64,000 bases of DNA from Candidatus Woesearchaeota archaeon (GCA_018696595.1 JABHQW010000003.1:160001-224000); one strand, 5' to 3'. Positions 52,872 through 62,268 are shown, counted from the stretch's first letter. Translations and numbers: made by a program. The notes: a model not told the origin generated them from the sequence alone.

Positions 52872-54248
52872 ATGATAATGACTAACCCGAAAACTCGGAT
52901 ATGGGAAATAGGAAATAAAAAAGTAATGTTTAATTCATTACATGGAAAGCCATTAATACCAACCGAGGGGTTAATCAGATTATTAGAAACTTTTAAAGAA
53001 CCAAGAGACCAAGAAGACATCATCAAAACAGTTAGTCAAAAAGAATTAAGAATAATTGAGGACTTGGTCTCAATGGACTTTTTAATAAATCCCCTTAAAG
53101 ATGTTTATGAAAAAGTTAAAGAAAGAGAGAAACAAGAACTTAATAATAACTTAGAGGGATTAAACCTTTATAATCTTAGACTAAACGTAACCTCTTCTTG
53201 CAATCTTGCGTGTCAATATTGTTATGTATATCAAAGAAAAGAAGAAATTTCTTCTTTTAAAAATATGAGTACAGAAATTGCAGAAAAATCAATATCTCTT
53301 TTCTTTAAATTTCTTAAAGAAAAAGAAGAGCAAAGAATACAAACAAAAGCTATTCCCAAAATAAGATATTTTGGAGGGGAACCCTTAATCAATTTCCCAG
53401 TAGTCAAAAGAAGCGTAGAACTAACAAGTCGTTTGGCAGAACAATACAATATTAAGGTCCAATCGATAATCAACACAAATGGTACAATATATGATCAGGA
53501 GATAGAAAAATTTCTTTTAAGTAACCAAGATTTAAATTTAATAATTAGTTGGGATGGATTAGGAGATTACCATGATTTAGTAAGACATTCCAAAAATAAT
53601 GAAAAAAGTAGTAAAAAGATAATGAAGAACTTTGAAAGGATGATGGACCAAGGGATAAGACCCACCATCAGTTGTGTACTATCAGAAAGAAATAAGGACC
53701 ACCTTAAAGAATTCATTGATTATTTAGCAGAAAAAAAATTAAAATATTTTGGCATTAGTGTACAAACAGTCTCACAAACAGGCGACAAAATGAGTTCAGA
53801 AGAAAAAGCAAAAAGATTAATAGAAGTTATGAGTTATGCTAAAGAAAAAGGAATTGAAGTTGATGGGCCGTGGTCTTGGCAATACAGGTTATTTAATGAC
53901 AACACAGAAGTTTCTTATTGTGGAGCAGTAGGAGGAGAAATCCATGTAAGTGAAAATGGAACAGCCCACCCCTGCCATTTAGTTAAACTAAAATATGGTG
54001 ATATCACAAAAATAAAAAAACTAGAAGAATTATTTGTTTCTCAAGAATATAAAACAATAATTAACAGAACAATATCTGCAATGTATGATGATTGTAATTC
54101 TTGCGATTTAGAAGGTTTATGCGCAGGTGGATGCATGGCAGAATCCTATGAAAGAACAGGAGATTATTCGAAAAGAGGAGAAGGGTGTGAATTTAAAGTA
54201 GAAATGACAAAACAGTTATTAGAAAAATATCTAGAAGAGATGGACTAA
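52872..54248 (+). CDS. Radical SAM/SPASM peptide-maturase-type enzyme with an N-terminal RRE-like domain
   Basis: CNLACQYC, YFGGEP, NTNG; SPASM C-x17-C...Cx2Cx5Cx3C...C; about 75-aa wHTH-like N-terminus. Confidence 0.9.
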   Translation: MIMTNPKTRIWEIGNKKVMFNSLHGKPLIPTEGLIRLLETFKEPRDQEDIIKTVSQKELRIIEDLVSMDFLINPLKDVYEKVKEREKQELNNNLEGLNLYNLRLNVTSSCNLACQYCYVYQRKEEISSFKNMSTEIAEKSISLFFKFLKEKEEQRIQTKAIPKIRYFGGEPLINFPVVKRSVELTSRLAEQYNIKVQSIINTNGTIYDQEIEKFLLSNQDLNLIISWDGLGDYHDLVRHSKNNEKSSKKIMKNFERMMDQGIRPTISCVLSERNKDHLKEFIDYLAEKKLKYFGISVQTVSQTGDKMSSEEKAKRLIEVMSYAKEKGIEVDGPWSWQYRLFNDNTEVSYCGAVGGEIHVSENGTAHPCHLVKLKYGDITKIKKLEELFVSQEYKTIINRTISAMYDDCNSCDLEGLCAGGCMAESYERTGDYSKRGEGCEFKVEMTKQLLEKYLEEMD

Positions 54249-54288
54249 TTAAAACAAATTTTACAAAAATAATTAGGTGGTAAAAAAG

Positions 54289-54408
54289 ATGAAACAACAA
54301 TGCCAAGCTAAATGCCGCAATGAGACTGATTGCTTAAATAAAGCTTTACCAGAATCAGATTATTGCTGGTTACATAAAAGAAGAGAAAAAGAGAGTAATA
54401 AACAATGA
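54289..54408 (+). CDS. 39-aa CCCH zinc-finger-like microprotein
   Basis: AGGTGG SD; MKQQCQAKCRNETDCLNKALPESDYCWLHKRREKESNKQ. Confidence 0.6.
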   Translation: MKQQCQAKCRNETDCLNKALPESDYCWLHKRREKESNKQ

Positions 54409-54484
54409 AAAAGTTTAAATATATAGAAAGCACATTATTTAATAGAAAGCTTTTTTCAACCACAACAAAAAAGGTCTTAATTAA

Positions 54485-54613
54485 ATGGAAATAAATAAAC
54501 TCATCTTTTCTTTAATAAAAATAAGTGTCCTTTCATTCACGGTGTGGTATCTTTATAATGATACAAAAAAAAGAATGAACCATAGTACTGTTGTAGAAGA
54601 GAAAGAAAAATAA
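54485..54613 (+). CDS. 42-aa single-TM microprotein
   Basis: MEINKLIFSLIKISVLSFTVWYLYNDTKKRMNHSTVVEEKEK; fills the gap in a co-oriented run. Confidence 0.4.
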   Translation: MEINKLIFSLIKISVLSFTVWYLYNDTKKRMNHSTVVEEKEK

Positions 54614-54641
54614 AGAACAAAGGAAAAGATAACAAATAAAA

Positions 54642-55715
54642 ATGGCAGAAGGAATAGTAGCAATTATTGTAGCAGGGATTATAGGGTTCCGATTATGGTC
54701 CCATTATAACCGCAATGGTCGGAATAAAATAGATCGAAAATCTAGGGAGAATCAACAGACATACCAGAACCATACTTATACAACTGCATATGAGACCGCA
54801 AATTCACATAAACACATACAACAAGAAAATATTAAACTGATCAGAGGAATTAACTTCCAAAGATTTAAAAAAATCAAGTATGTTCCAAAAGAAAGAGATT
54901 ATTTCTCAGATTTAGAAGAATTAATTAAATTAGGAATCACCCCTCACATCTTTGTTGAGTCTTTAATGGCCGTTCATTTAGAAGGGAGAAAAGCCAGTTG
55001 CTGTTTTTCAGATCAGATAAATTTTCAGTCTTCAATCGAACAATTAGAACTAATTGCTAAAAAAATAAAAGAGGACTATAACATTTTCATGGATGCGATT
55101 GCAATTCCCTTTGGTAAAGGATGTATGATGCTTTTCTTTTTCTTCAAAGACATCAAAGAATATAAAAGAATAGAGAAGTTACAAAAAATTAGTGAGAACC
55201 CAGATATATCCCTCGAAAAAATCTTCAAAAACCCAGAATTAGTGAAATTATGGGGAGAAATATTAGATTATCCAAAATGTTGTGTTGATTTCTGTGTTGA
55301 AACAAGGAAAGGCAATAAAGATATAGAAAAAGAATGTTCTGAAATGTTAAAATCCATCCAAGAATATAAGAAAGTTGACAAAAGTAAGATTAAAAAAGAT
55401 GAAAAAGATAACGATAAGAAAGAATTATCTATTCCAGAGAAAGTTTTGACAAATTACTTTGCTTACGAATTTTATCCTTGTAATCCTAACTGTAAAGAAG
55501 CCAAGAGAATTGGAGATGAAATTAAGAAAAGATTTAGTGAAAAAGATAAAAATCTTGCTACAGCATTTCAAATCAACTCAGAATTTAACAGCCGTAAAGT
55601 GCTAAATCTCTGTACTGATCCAAAAATGGAAAAATTCCAGAACATGATGAAAGACAGAATTATTCATCGTTTATTTTCTGTTCATCATGAAGCTAAAAAA
55701 CTTAAAACCAAATAA
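54642..55715 (+). CDS. Membrane-anchored Cys-motif protein (DUF483-like)
   Basis: N-terminal TM; WGEILDYPKCCVDF and FYPCNPNC. Confidence 0.55.
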   Translation: MAEGIVAIIVAGIIGFRLWSHYNRNGRNKIDRKSRENQQTYQNHTYTTAYETANSHKHIQQENIKLIRGINFQRFKKIKYVPKERDYFSDLEELIKLGITPHIFVESLMAVHLEGRKASCCFSDQINFQSSIEQLELIAKKIKEDYNIFMDAIAIPFGKGCMMLFFFFKDIKEYKRIEKLQKISENPDISLEKIFKNPELVKLWGEILDYPKCCVDFCVETRKGNKDIEKECSEMLKSIQEYKKVDKSKIKKDEKDNDKKELSIPEKVLTNYFAYEFYPCNPNCKEAKRIGDEIKKRFSEKDKNLATAFQINSEFNSRKVLNLCTDPKMEKFQNMMKDRIIHRLFSVHHEAKKLKTK

Positions 55716-55837
55716 TTCATTTTTCCAATACATAATAAAAAGCAAAGCTTTTTGGGATGTCCTGGAAAATATTTCTTTTTCCAATAGATTTAAGTAACAG
55801 TAAACATTTCTCAAATTCAGTTAAAAGAGGTCAATAA

Positions 55838-56818
55838 ATGTTAGAAATCTTGTTTGTTGTTTTAATGATTATAGTAAGTTTATTTGTATTAGTCAAAGGA
55901 GCAAATTATTTGGTTGATGGTTCTGCAGACTTAGCCAGGTTGTTAAAAATATCACCAATACTTGTTGGTTTAACAATAGTGGCTTTTGGAACTTCATTGC
56001 CAGAATTCATTGTAAGTTTATTCTCGGTCCTAGCAGGTAAAGCAGATATTTCTATGGGAAATATTATTGGAAGTAACATTGCTAACATTGCTTTAGTTAT
56101 TGGTGTTTGTGCAATCATAACCAAACTTAAAGTAAAATCGAAAACATTAATCAACGAATATCCATTTATGATTATTTCTAGTTTCTTATTATTAATTCTT
56201 GCTAGCGATATGTTTATTTTTGGAAGAAATGAGTTTACACTAGGCAGAATTGATGGAGCAATTCTGTTAACAATATTCTTATTCTTTATGTATTACATTT
56301 TCCGTTCAATGAAGAGCTCTAAAAAAGAAGTTAAAAAAGAATTTAGAGAAGAGTTTCAACACCAAAATCCCACCTGGAAAAATACTTTGATGATAGTTGG
56401 TGGTATTGTTGCTTTAATGGTTGGAGGAAAACTATTTATTCTCTATGCCTCAGAATTATCTGTTATTGCTGGTTTAAGCGACTCTTTTATTGGTTTAGTA
56501 ATTGCCGCCTTAGGAACCTCCTTACCAGAATTAGCCACATCAGGAATAGCAGCCTGGAAAAAACAAGGTGATATTGCTATAGGAAACATCGTAGGTAGCA
56601 ACATATTTAATATTTTGTTTGTATTAGGAACAATAAGTTTGATTAAACCCATCAACGTCAATCCAGCAATATTACAGATTGATGCCATGATTATGTTATT
56701 TGTAATGGGCTTATTTTTAGTATTTTCAACTTACGGCAGGAATATTGTTAGAAAAGAAGGTATTATTTTAATAACAATTTATATACTTTACATCATATCT
56801 TTGATATGGAGAGGATAA
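55838..56818 (+). CDS. Ca2+/Na+ antiporter (YrbG family)
   Basis: Two alpha repeats, GTSLPE...GSN. Confidence 0.93.
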   Translation: MLEILFVVLMIIVSLFVLVKGANYLVDGSADLARLLKISPILVGLTIVAFGTSLPEFIVSLFSVLAGKADISMGNIIGSNIANIALVIGVCAIITKLKVKSKTLINEYPFMIISSFLLLILASDMFIFGRNEFTLGRIDGAILLTIFLFFMYYIFRSMKSSKKEVKKEFREEFQHQNPTWKNTLMIVGGIVALMVGGKLFILYASELSVIAGLSDSFIGLVIAALGTSLPELATSGIAAWKKQGDIAIGNIVGSNIFNILFVLGTISLIKPINVNPAILQIDAMIMLFVMGLFLVFSTYGRNIVRKEGIILITIYILYIISLIWRG

Positions 56819-56825
56819 ATGATAA

Positions 56826-58751
56826 ATGAAATATAAAACATTCACATTAGACAAGTTTCAAGAAGATTCTATTAATGCTATTGAAAACAATTATTCAGTA
56901 GTTGTTTCTGCCCCTACAGGAAGCGGAAAAACCTTAATTGCGGAATATATTATTGATAAACATAAAGATGATGATAAAAGAATAATTTATACAGCACCAA
57001 TTAAAGCGCTTTCTAACCAAAAGTATAGAGATTTTTCTAAAGAGTATGGTGAACAAAAAGTTGGTCTCATGACAGGAGACATAGTAATTAATCCTCATGC
57101 TAAGATTCTAATTATGACTACCGAAGTTTACAGAAATATGGCTGTATCTCAAGATGGAGAATTAGCTAATGTTGCTTATGTAATCTTTGATGAAATCCAT
57201 TATATTAATGACCCAGAAAGAGGTTATGTTTGGGAAGAATCAATAATTTATAGTTTAGAAACTGTTCGGTTCTTATGTTTAAGTGCTACAATTCCTAACG
57301 CGGTAGAGTTTAGTAACTGGATCCAAGCCATTAAGAAACACGAAGTTAAAACTGTTAAAGCAACGAAAAGAAATGTTCCGTTAGAAAAATCATTTTATGA
57401 TTATGAACTTGGGATTACAACACTTGAAAAAATTAGACAAGCCAAACAGATTCCTAATGTTCAGAAAAGTCATGGTAAAAAGAAATGGCGTAGAAAACGT
57501 GAGCCAACACCAAGCCATGTAGAATTAATTAGAGAATTGGGAAAAGATAAAACGCCTTGCTTGTTTTTTCATTTCTCTCGAAGATTATGTCAAGAAAATG
57601 CTTTAGAATTATCTAGAAAGAACTTATTTCAAAAAAATCCTGAAATTATGAGTTTTGTTAATGAAAAATTAAGAACTGCCCCGTTTGAAATCAACAAACT
57701 AAAATCAACGCAGACTTTAAAAGAAACTTTACAGCAAGGGATTGGGTTTCATCATGCTGGATTATTACCAATATTAAAAGAGATTGTTGAAGAGTTATTC
57801 ACAGCAGGAAAGATTAATGTCCTTTACGTCACAGAAACATTTGCAGTAGGAATTAATATGCCCGCTAAAACTGTTTGTTTTTATTCATTGCGAAAATATG
57901 ATGGTAGAAGTTTTCGGAATCTAAACACAAAAGAATATTTCCAGATTGCTGGGCGTGCTGGTCGGCGTGGAATTGATAAGATTGGTTACGTTGTGACAAT
58001 GATTAGCCGTAATGGGTTCAACTATAATGAAATTAGATCTGTAACAGATAAAGACATGGCACCAATCCAATCCCAGTTTAAGTTATCTATCAATAGTGTG
58101 CTTAACCTAATTGAGAGACACACACCAGTAGAAATTGAAAAAATTTTACGTTTAAGTTTTTTCTCTTATCAGAAATTTGGTAGAAAATATGCAGACATAC
58201 CCGCAAAAGTATTAATGGCCAGATATAACAGTGTTGTAAGAAAATTGAATAAATATAAATATATTGTAGATGGAAAGTTAACAGGTAAAGGATACTTCTC
58301 TTCCAAAATTTATGCTGATGAAATTGCTATGGGAGAAATATTTGCAACTGACTTTGTTAAGAATATTGATGAGTATCAAATTTTATTATTGTTAGCTGCT
58401 TTAGTTTATGAACATCGAGAAACAACTGAGTTCAAACGTGAATTTAAGAGTGAGAAACAAAAAGAATTATGGAAACTGCTAATTAATAATGAATTCTTGA
58501 AAAGGGAAAAGAAATTTGACAATCTTAACAAAGTTGGTGTGTTTATTCACCCAGTTTATAATGGTAAGACCTTTTTTGAAGTAATCAATTTAACCAACTT
58601 ACAAGAAGGAGACATTATTAGAATTTATGCCCAGATCCTTGATCGAATTGGACAGATTAAAAAAGCTGCAACAGATTCTGAAGTAATTACAAAAATGGAA
58701 AACTGTCAAGGAATTATCCAGAAAGTCTTAGAAGGCATTTGGCTTGTTTAG
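56826..58751 (+). CDS. Ski2/HelY-like DEIH-box helicase
   Basis: APTGSGKT, PIKALSNQK, DEIH, SAT, TETFAVGINMPA, QIAGRAGRRG. Confidence 0.92.
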   Translation: MKYKTFTLDKFQEDSINAIENNYSVVVSAPTGSGKTLIAEYIIDKHKDDDKRIIYTAPIKALSNQKYRDFSKEYGEQKVGLMTGDIVINPHAKILIMTTEVYRNMAVSQDGELANVAYVIFDEIHYINDPERGYVWEESIIYSLETVRFLCLSATIPNAVEFSNWIQAIKKHEVKTVKATKRNVPLEKSFYDYELGITTLEKIRQAKQIPNVQKSHGKKKWRRKREPTPSHVELIRELGKDKTPCLFFHFSRRLCQENALELSRKNLFQKNPEIMSFVNEKLRTAPFEINKLKSTQTLKETLQQGIGFHHAGLLPILKEIVEELFTAGKINVLYVTETFAVGINMPAKTVCFYSLRKYDGRSFRNLNTKEYFQIAGRAGRRGIDKIGYVVTMISRNGFNYNEIRSVTDKDMAPIQSQFKLSINSVLNLIERHTPVEIEKILRLSFFSYQKFGRKYADIPAKVLMARYNSVVRKLNKYKYIVDGKLTGKGYFSSKIYADEIAMGEIFATDFVKNIDEYQILLLLAALVYEHRETTEFKREFKSEKQKELWKLLINNEFLKREKKFDNLNKVGVFIHPVYNGKTFFEVINLTNLQEGDIIRIYAQILDRIGQIKKAATDSEVITKMENCQGIIQKVLEGIWLV

Positions 58752-58788
58752 AGAAATCTTTATATAACCATAAAAAATAGTTCTTTGT

Positions 58789-59319
58789 ATGGGAGAAAGT
58801 CTTGGAACGCCAAGAGCGATTATTCGTTATAGTGGACTATTTGATTTTGACGGCTTTTATGCTGCCGTAATAGATTGGGGTAAAAACCATGGTTATATGT
58901 GGCACGAAATTGATTACAAACATAAAGTTCCTAGTCCTAGTGGAGCGGAACAAGAATGGAAATGGCGGTTAATGAAAGACGTTAATGACTTTATTAATTA
59001 TGATATACAATTTATCATCCATGCTTATGATTTGCTTGATGTTGAAGTGGAAGTTGAAGGTCGGAAAAAAAACCTTACCAAAGGCAGACTTTATATTTGG
59101 ATTAATGGTACAGTAACTTACGATTGGCAAAGTAAGTTTGGCGGTGGAAAATTTGCCAAATGGTTAGGAGCATTTTATGCCAAGAGAATGAACCCAGAAA
59201 TTGCTGGATATTGGGACACGTTATATTATAGAATCTGGAGTTTACAAACAATCATTAAAAAGTATTTCCAAATGCAAACCACCAAGCATCCATATAAAGA
59301 ATATTTAAAAGAAGATTAA
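58789..59319 (+). CDS. Hypothetical protein
   Basis: 176-aa ORF with TTTATATA about 25 nt upstream (leaderless-type). Confidence 0.7.
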   Translation: MGESLGTPRAIIRYSGLFDFDGFYAAVIDWGKNHGYMWHEIDYKHKVPSPSGAEQEWKWRLMKDVNDFINYDIQFIIHAYDLLDVEVEVEGRKKNLTKGRLYIWINGTVTYDWQSKFGGGKFAKWLGAFYAKRMNPEIAGYWDTLYYRIWSLQTIIKKYFQMQTTKHPYKEYLKED

Positions 59320-59356
59320 TTGTTTCTAAATTTTTTGTCCGAAGTAATTTCTTTTT

Positions 59357-59436
59357 GTATACTAAAGCCCCGGTGTGTAGTTTACACCGAGGTGGGTACT
59401 CTATAAGAGTACGATGTCCGCCGTGCTTTAGTATAC
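59357..59436 (+). ncRNA. Candidate structured RNA, element B
   Basis: 12-bp closing stem GTATACTAAAGC/GCTTTAGTATAC; arms CGGTGT/ACACCG, GGTGG/CCGCC and GTACTCT/AGAGTAC; GC-rich. Confidence 0.6.
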
Positions 59437-59496
59437 TAATAAATTTAATTTTAGATAAAGATCATTTTTAATAATATCAATAAAATAGAAATATTA

Positions 59497-59596
59497 CTAG
59501 ACAAGATCTTACGATCAAAGGAAGTTTAACAGTCCCCGAAGGACTAACCAATTGGATTTTCTAAGCTCAACTCCCGTGTTTTCGTATCTTATCTAG
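59497..59596 (-). ncRNA. Candidate ~100-nt rod-like RNA, element C
   Basis: 11-bp closing stem CTAGATAAGAT/ATCTTGTCTAG; AGTCC-TTCG-GGGACT apical hairpin; TTATATA 24 nt upstream. Confidence 0.5.
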
Positions 59597-59685
59597 CATA
59601 ATCTAAGAAAGTAAGAATCTATATAATATTTTCTTACCACTATACTTCAGTAAATTTTATATAAAATCAACAGAATTAAAGGAAA

Positions 59686-60438
59686 ATGACATTATATTTA
59701 ATTGGGATTGGACTAAGTACAGAAAAAGACATCACAGTTAAAGGATTAGAAATTGTTAAGAAATGTGATAAAGTTTACTTAGAAAGTTATACTTCACTAT
59801 TACAATGTTCTGTTAAGGATTTGGAACAGTTTTATGATCAAGAAATTATTATTGCAAACCGAGAAATGACTGAACAAGGAGATGAAAAAATTATTTCTGA
59901 AGCTAAAAAAAAAGATGTTGCTTTCTTAATTATTGGCGACGTTTTTTCTGCTACAACCCACGTTCAGCTGTTTAAATTGGCTAAAGAAAATAATGTTAAA
60001 GTTGAAGTAATTAATAATGCTTCAGTATTAAATTCTGTAGGGATTACTGGATTAGAATTATACAAATTTGGTAAAATCACTTCTATCCCTTTTATTGAAG
60101 ACCATCCTCAGTTAGAAACACCTTATAACGTTTTGAAGGAGAATGGCGATATGCACACTTTGTTTTTACTTGATTTAAAGCCCGCTGAGAATAAGTTTAT
60201 GACCATTAATGTTGCACTAGAGATTCTGGAAAAAATCGAATCACGGAAGAAAGAAGGGTTAATTAACGATGATTTGTTAGTTGTTGGTTGCGCTCGTCTT
60301 GGATGTGATGGTTTTATTGTTAAAGCAGGTAAGTTATCTGAAATTCGGGCGTTCGATTTTGGTGCACCGTTACATTGTTTAATCATTCCAGGCAAGATGC
60401 ATTTTATTGAAAAAGAAATGTTAGAGTTATGGAAGTAA
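59686..60438 (+). CDS. dph5: Diphthine synthase
   Basis: LYLIGIGL, YLESYTS, GDVFSATTH, GLELYKFGKITSIPF, HTLFLLD. Confidence 0.95.
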   Translation: MTLYLIGIGLSTEKDITVKGLEIVKKCDKVYLESYTSLLQCSVKDLEQFYDQEIIIANREMTEQGDEKIISEAKKKDVAFLIIGDVFSATTHVQLFKLAKENNVKVEVINNASVLNSVGITGLELYKFGKITSIPFIEDHPQLETPYNVLKENGDMHTLFLLDLKPAENKFMTINVALEILEKIESRKKEGLINDDLLVVGCARLGCDGFIVKAGKLSEIRAFDFGAPLHCLIIPGKMHFIEKEMLELWK

Positions 60439-60454
60439 TAAGTAAAGAAAAAAA

Positions 60455-60784
60455 TTAATAAAAAGCACAAGGCCACATAGATGCTTCAGCTTTAATCTGA
60501 TCTTCAATTTGTAAATTTTCATCACCATTTTCTTTTTCTTTTTTAAGCGCATCTTTTATTTTTTCTCTACGATTCACAAAATAATTCATTATCTCGGGTG
60601 TATAACCCATTTTTTTTAACGGGATAATATAAGGTTTATCTCCACGAGCAGCTCTAGATGCATCTAATTCTTCTTGGTTTCTAAAATTTCCTTCTCCAAC
60701 AATATAAATAGTTGATTGCTTTGCAACTTCTTCTAAAACCGGTTTATCTCCATTAACTTTAACATTTTTATCATGATTTGTCAT
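60455..60784 (-). CDS. Hypothetical protein
   Basis: 109-aa ORF convergent with dph5. Confidence 0.55.
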   Translation of the reverse strand: MTNHDKNVKVNGDKPVLEEVAKQSTIYIVGEGNFRNQEELDASRAARGDKPYIIPLKKMGYTPEIMNYFVNRREKIKDALKKEKENGDENLQIEDQIKAEASMWPCAFY

Positions 60785-60924
60785 TTTAAATTATCTCCAA
60801 ACACCAACAAACTACCTAGAACCTCTAATATTAGTACAATTCTGAGAGCTATTTATAAATGTTTTCTAGAAAATATATGTTCTAGTAAATAAAGTAATTA
60901 AAAGTAAGAAATTATTGATTAATT

Positions 60925-61269
60925 GTGCAAGAAAAGACTATCTTAAAAACATCTTTAATCGTTGTTTTAGTAGGTTTAGCATTTCTATTTTTCTATGCAG
61001 AAGAGATTGATTTGAAAGCGATAAATAATGTTGATGAAAGTAATTCAGGAGAATCAATAAAGTTAACGGGCACTATTAGTAAATTAACTACAAGTGATAA
61101 AGTTGCTTTTATTGAATTGGAAGGCCAGCAAACTATTAAAACGGATGTAATTCTATTTAGTAGCGAGAATGTTTATTTGCAAGAGGGAGATTACGTAGAA
61201 ATCTACGGCACTGTTGAAGAATATAATTCTGAAAAAGAGATTATCGCCAGTAAGATAGTTAAGAAATAA
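60925..61269 (+). CDS. Membrane-anchored OB-fold protein
   Basis: N-terminal TM; IKLTGTI...L.EGDYVEIYGTVEEY..EKEIIASKI. Confidence 0.75.
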   Translation: MQEKTILKTSLIVVLVGLAFLFFYAEEIDLKAINNVDESNSGESIKLTGTISKLTTSDKVAFIELEGQQTIKTDVILFSSENVYLQEGDYVEIYGTVEEYNSEKEIIASKIVKK

Positions 61270-61278
61270 AAGAAAAAA

Positions 61279-62268
61279 TTATTGGGCTTTAGATTTCAGC
61301 TCACCAAAAGCCTTATTAATTTCTTGATCTGTCCAACCAGTATTATGTTTAAGAATTTCTCTTACACCTTCGTCAGAAGTACCCATTCTTTTTTCCTCAT
61401 GAATCCAAGTCTTCAATTCATCAAAATTGTAAGCTTTCCTATGCGGATGAACAAAATGTACAACCACTAAGATTAAAACTATGATAAAAGATAGTACTGA
61501 AGGAATCCCAATGATATAAGTTTTATATTGGTTCCAATAATTCCAATAAGATGATGTTGGTTGTTGTATTTGTGGTTCTACTGCTGGAGGAGGTAAATCT
61601 GGTTCGATTTTTTGTGGTTGCGGACCAGGGACAGTAATTTGATTACAATTCTTTTGCAATAATGGTTTCTTGAATGTAGTGCCACAAGAATGGTCGTCTA
61701 CACAAGTTCTTTTCTGTACTCCGTTACTACAATCGTTCCATAACGAACAGAACCAGGATTCTTTACATTCTTCACAAGATTGAACTTCTTTTTTAGGTTT
61801 ATCACAACCGTTTTTATCTGTACAAGTTCTACTTTGTTCTAAAGTTGCATTACACAATGACCAAGTGCCACATTCCCACTTTGAAGAACAATAGTTTATA
61901 TTGCCACCGCCTGGAGATGGTGTTGTTGTAATGGGAGGCACTGTATAACAACCAGGAGAATCTACACAGAAAAATTGTTCAGTATTACCGTTAGCACAAT
62001 TCACTTTAATTTTATATTTTCCTGCGTTTAGATTAGAATTAGTATTATAAGAAGTCACCCAACTATTTTCTCCACTTTTAATATCTACTAACTCATCTGC
62101 AGAATCTAAAAAAACTTTAAGAACAGAATTCCCTGTACATTCAGCAACTGTTAATTGTACATTTTCAGGATGAGAATAATCCGTTTTATCAGTTGTTACA
62201 GTTACTGCTAAAGCTAAACTCATGCAAAGAATAAAAGTTAAAAAGTAGATTATCTTCTTCATTTTCAT
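61279..62268 (-). CDS. Secreted, C-terminally anchored protein with two TSP1-like WxCxxWxxC repeats
   Basis: Signal peptide, WECGTWSLC and WFCSLWNDC, Pro-rich linker, TM, cytoplasmic tail. Confidence 0.75.
   Translation of the reverse strand: MKMKKIIYFLTFILCMSLALAVTVTTDKTDYSHPENVQLTVAECTGNSVLKVFLDSADELVDIKSGENSWVTSYNTNSNLNAGKYKIKVNCANGNTEQFFCVDSPGCYTVPPITTTPSPGGGNINYCSSKWECGTWSLCNATLEQSRTCTDKNGCDKPKKEVQSCEECKESWFCSLWNDCSNGVQKRTCVDDHSCGTTFKKPLLQKNCNQITVPGPQPQKIEPDLPPPAVEPQIQQPTSSYWNYWNQYKTYIIGIPSVLSFIIVLILVVVHFVHPHRKAYNFDELKTWIHEEKRMGTSDEGVREILKHNTGWTDQEINKAFGELKSKAQ

Noticed and set aside
51595-55715. Provirus or integrated plasmid
   Set aside because: No integrase, capsid, terminase, Rep or att repeats are visible; kept only as an accessory island.
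59497-59596. SRP RNA or RNase P RNA
   Set aside because: Lacks the SRP helix-8 CAGG/AGCA loop and the RNase P P4 GAGGAAAGUCC/GGCUUA motifs.
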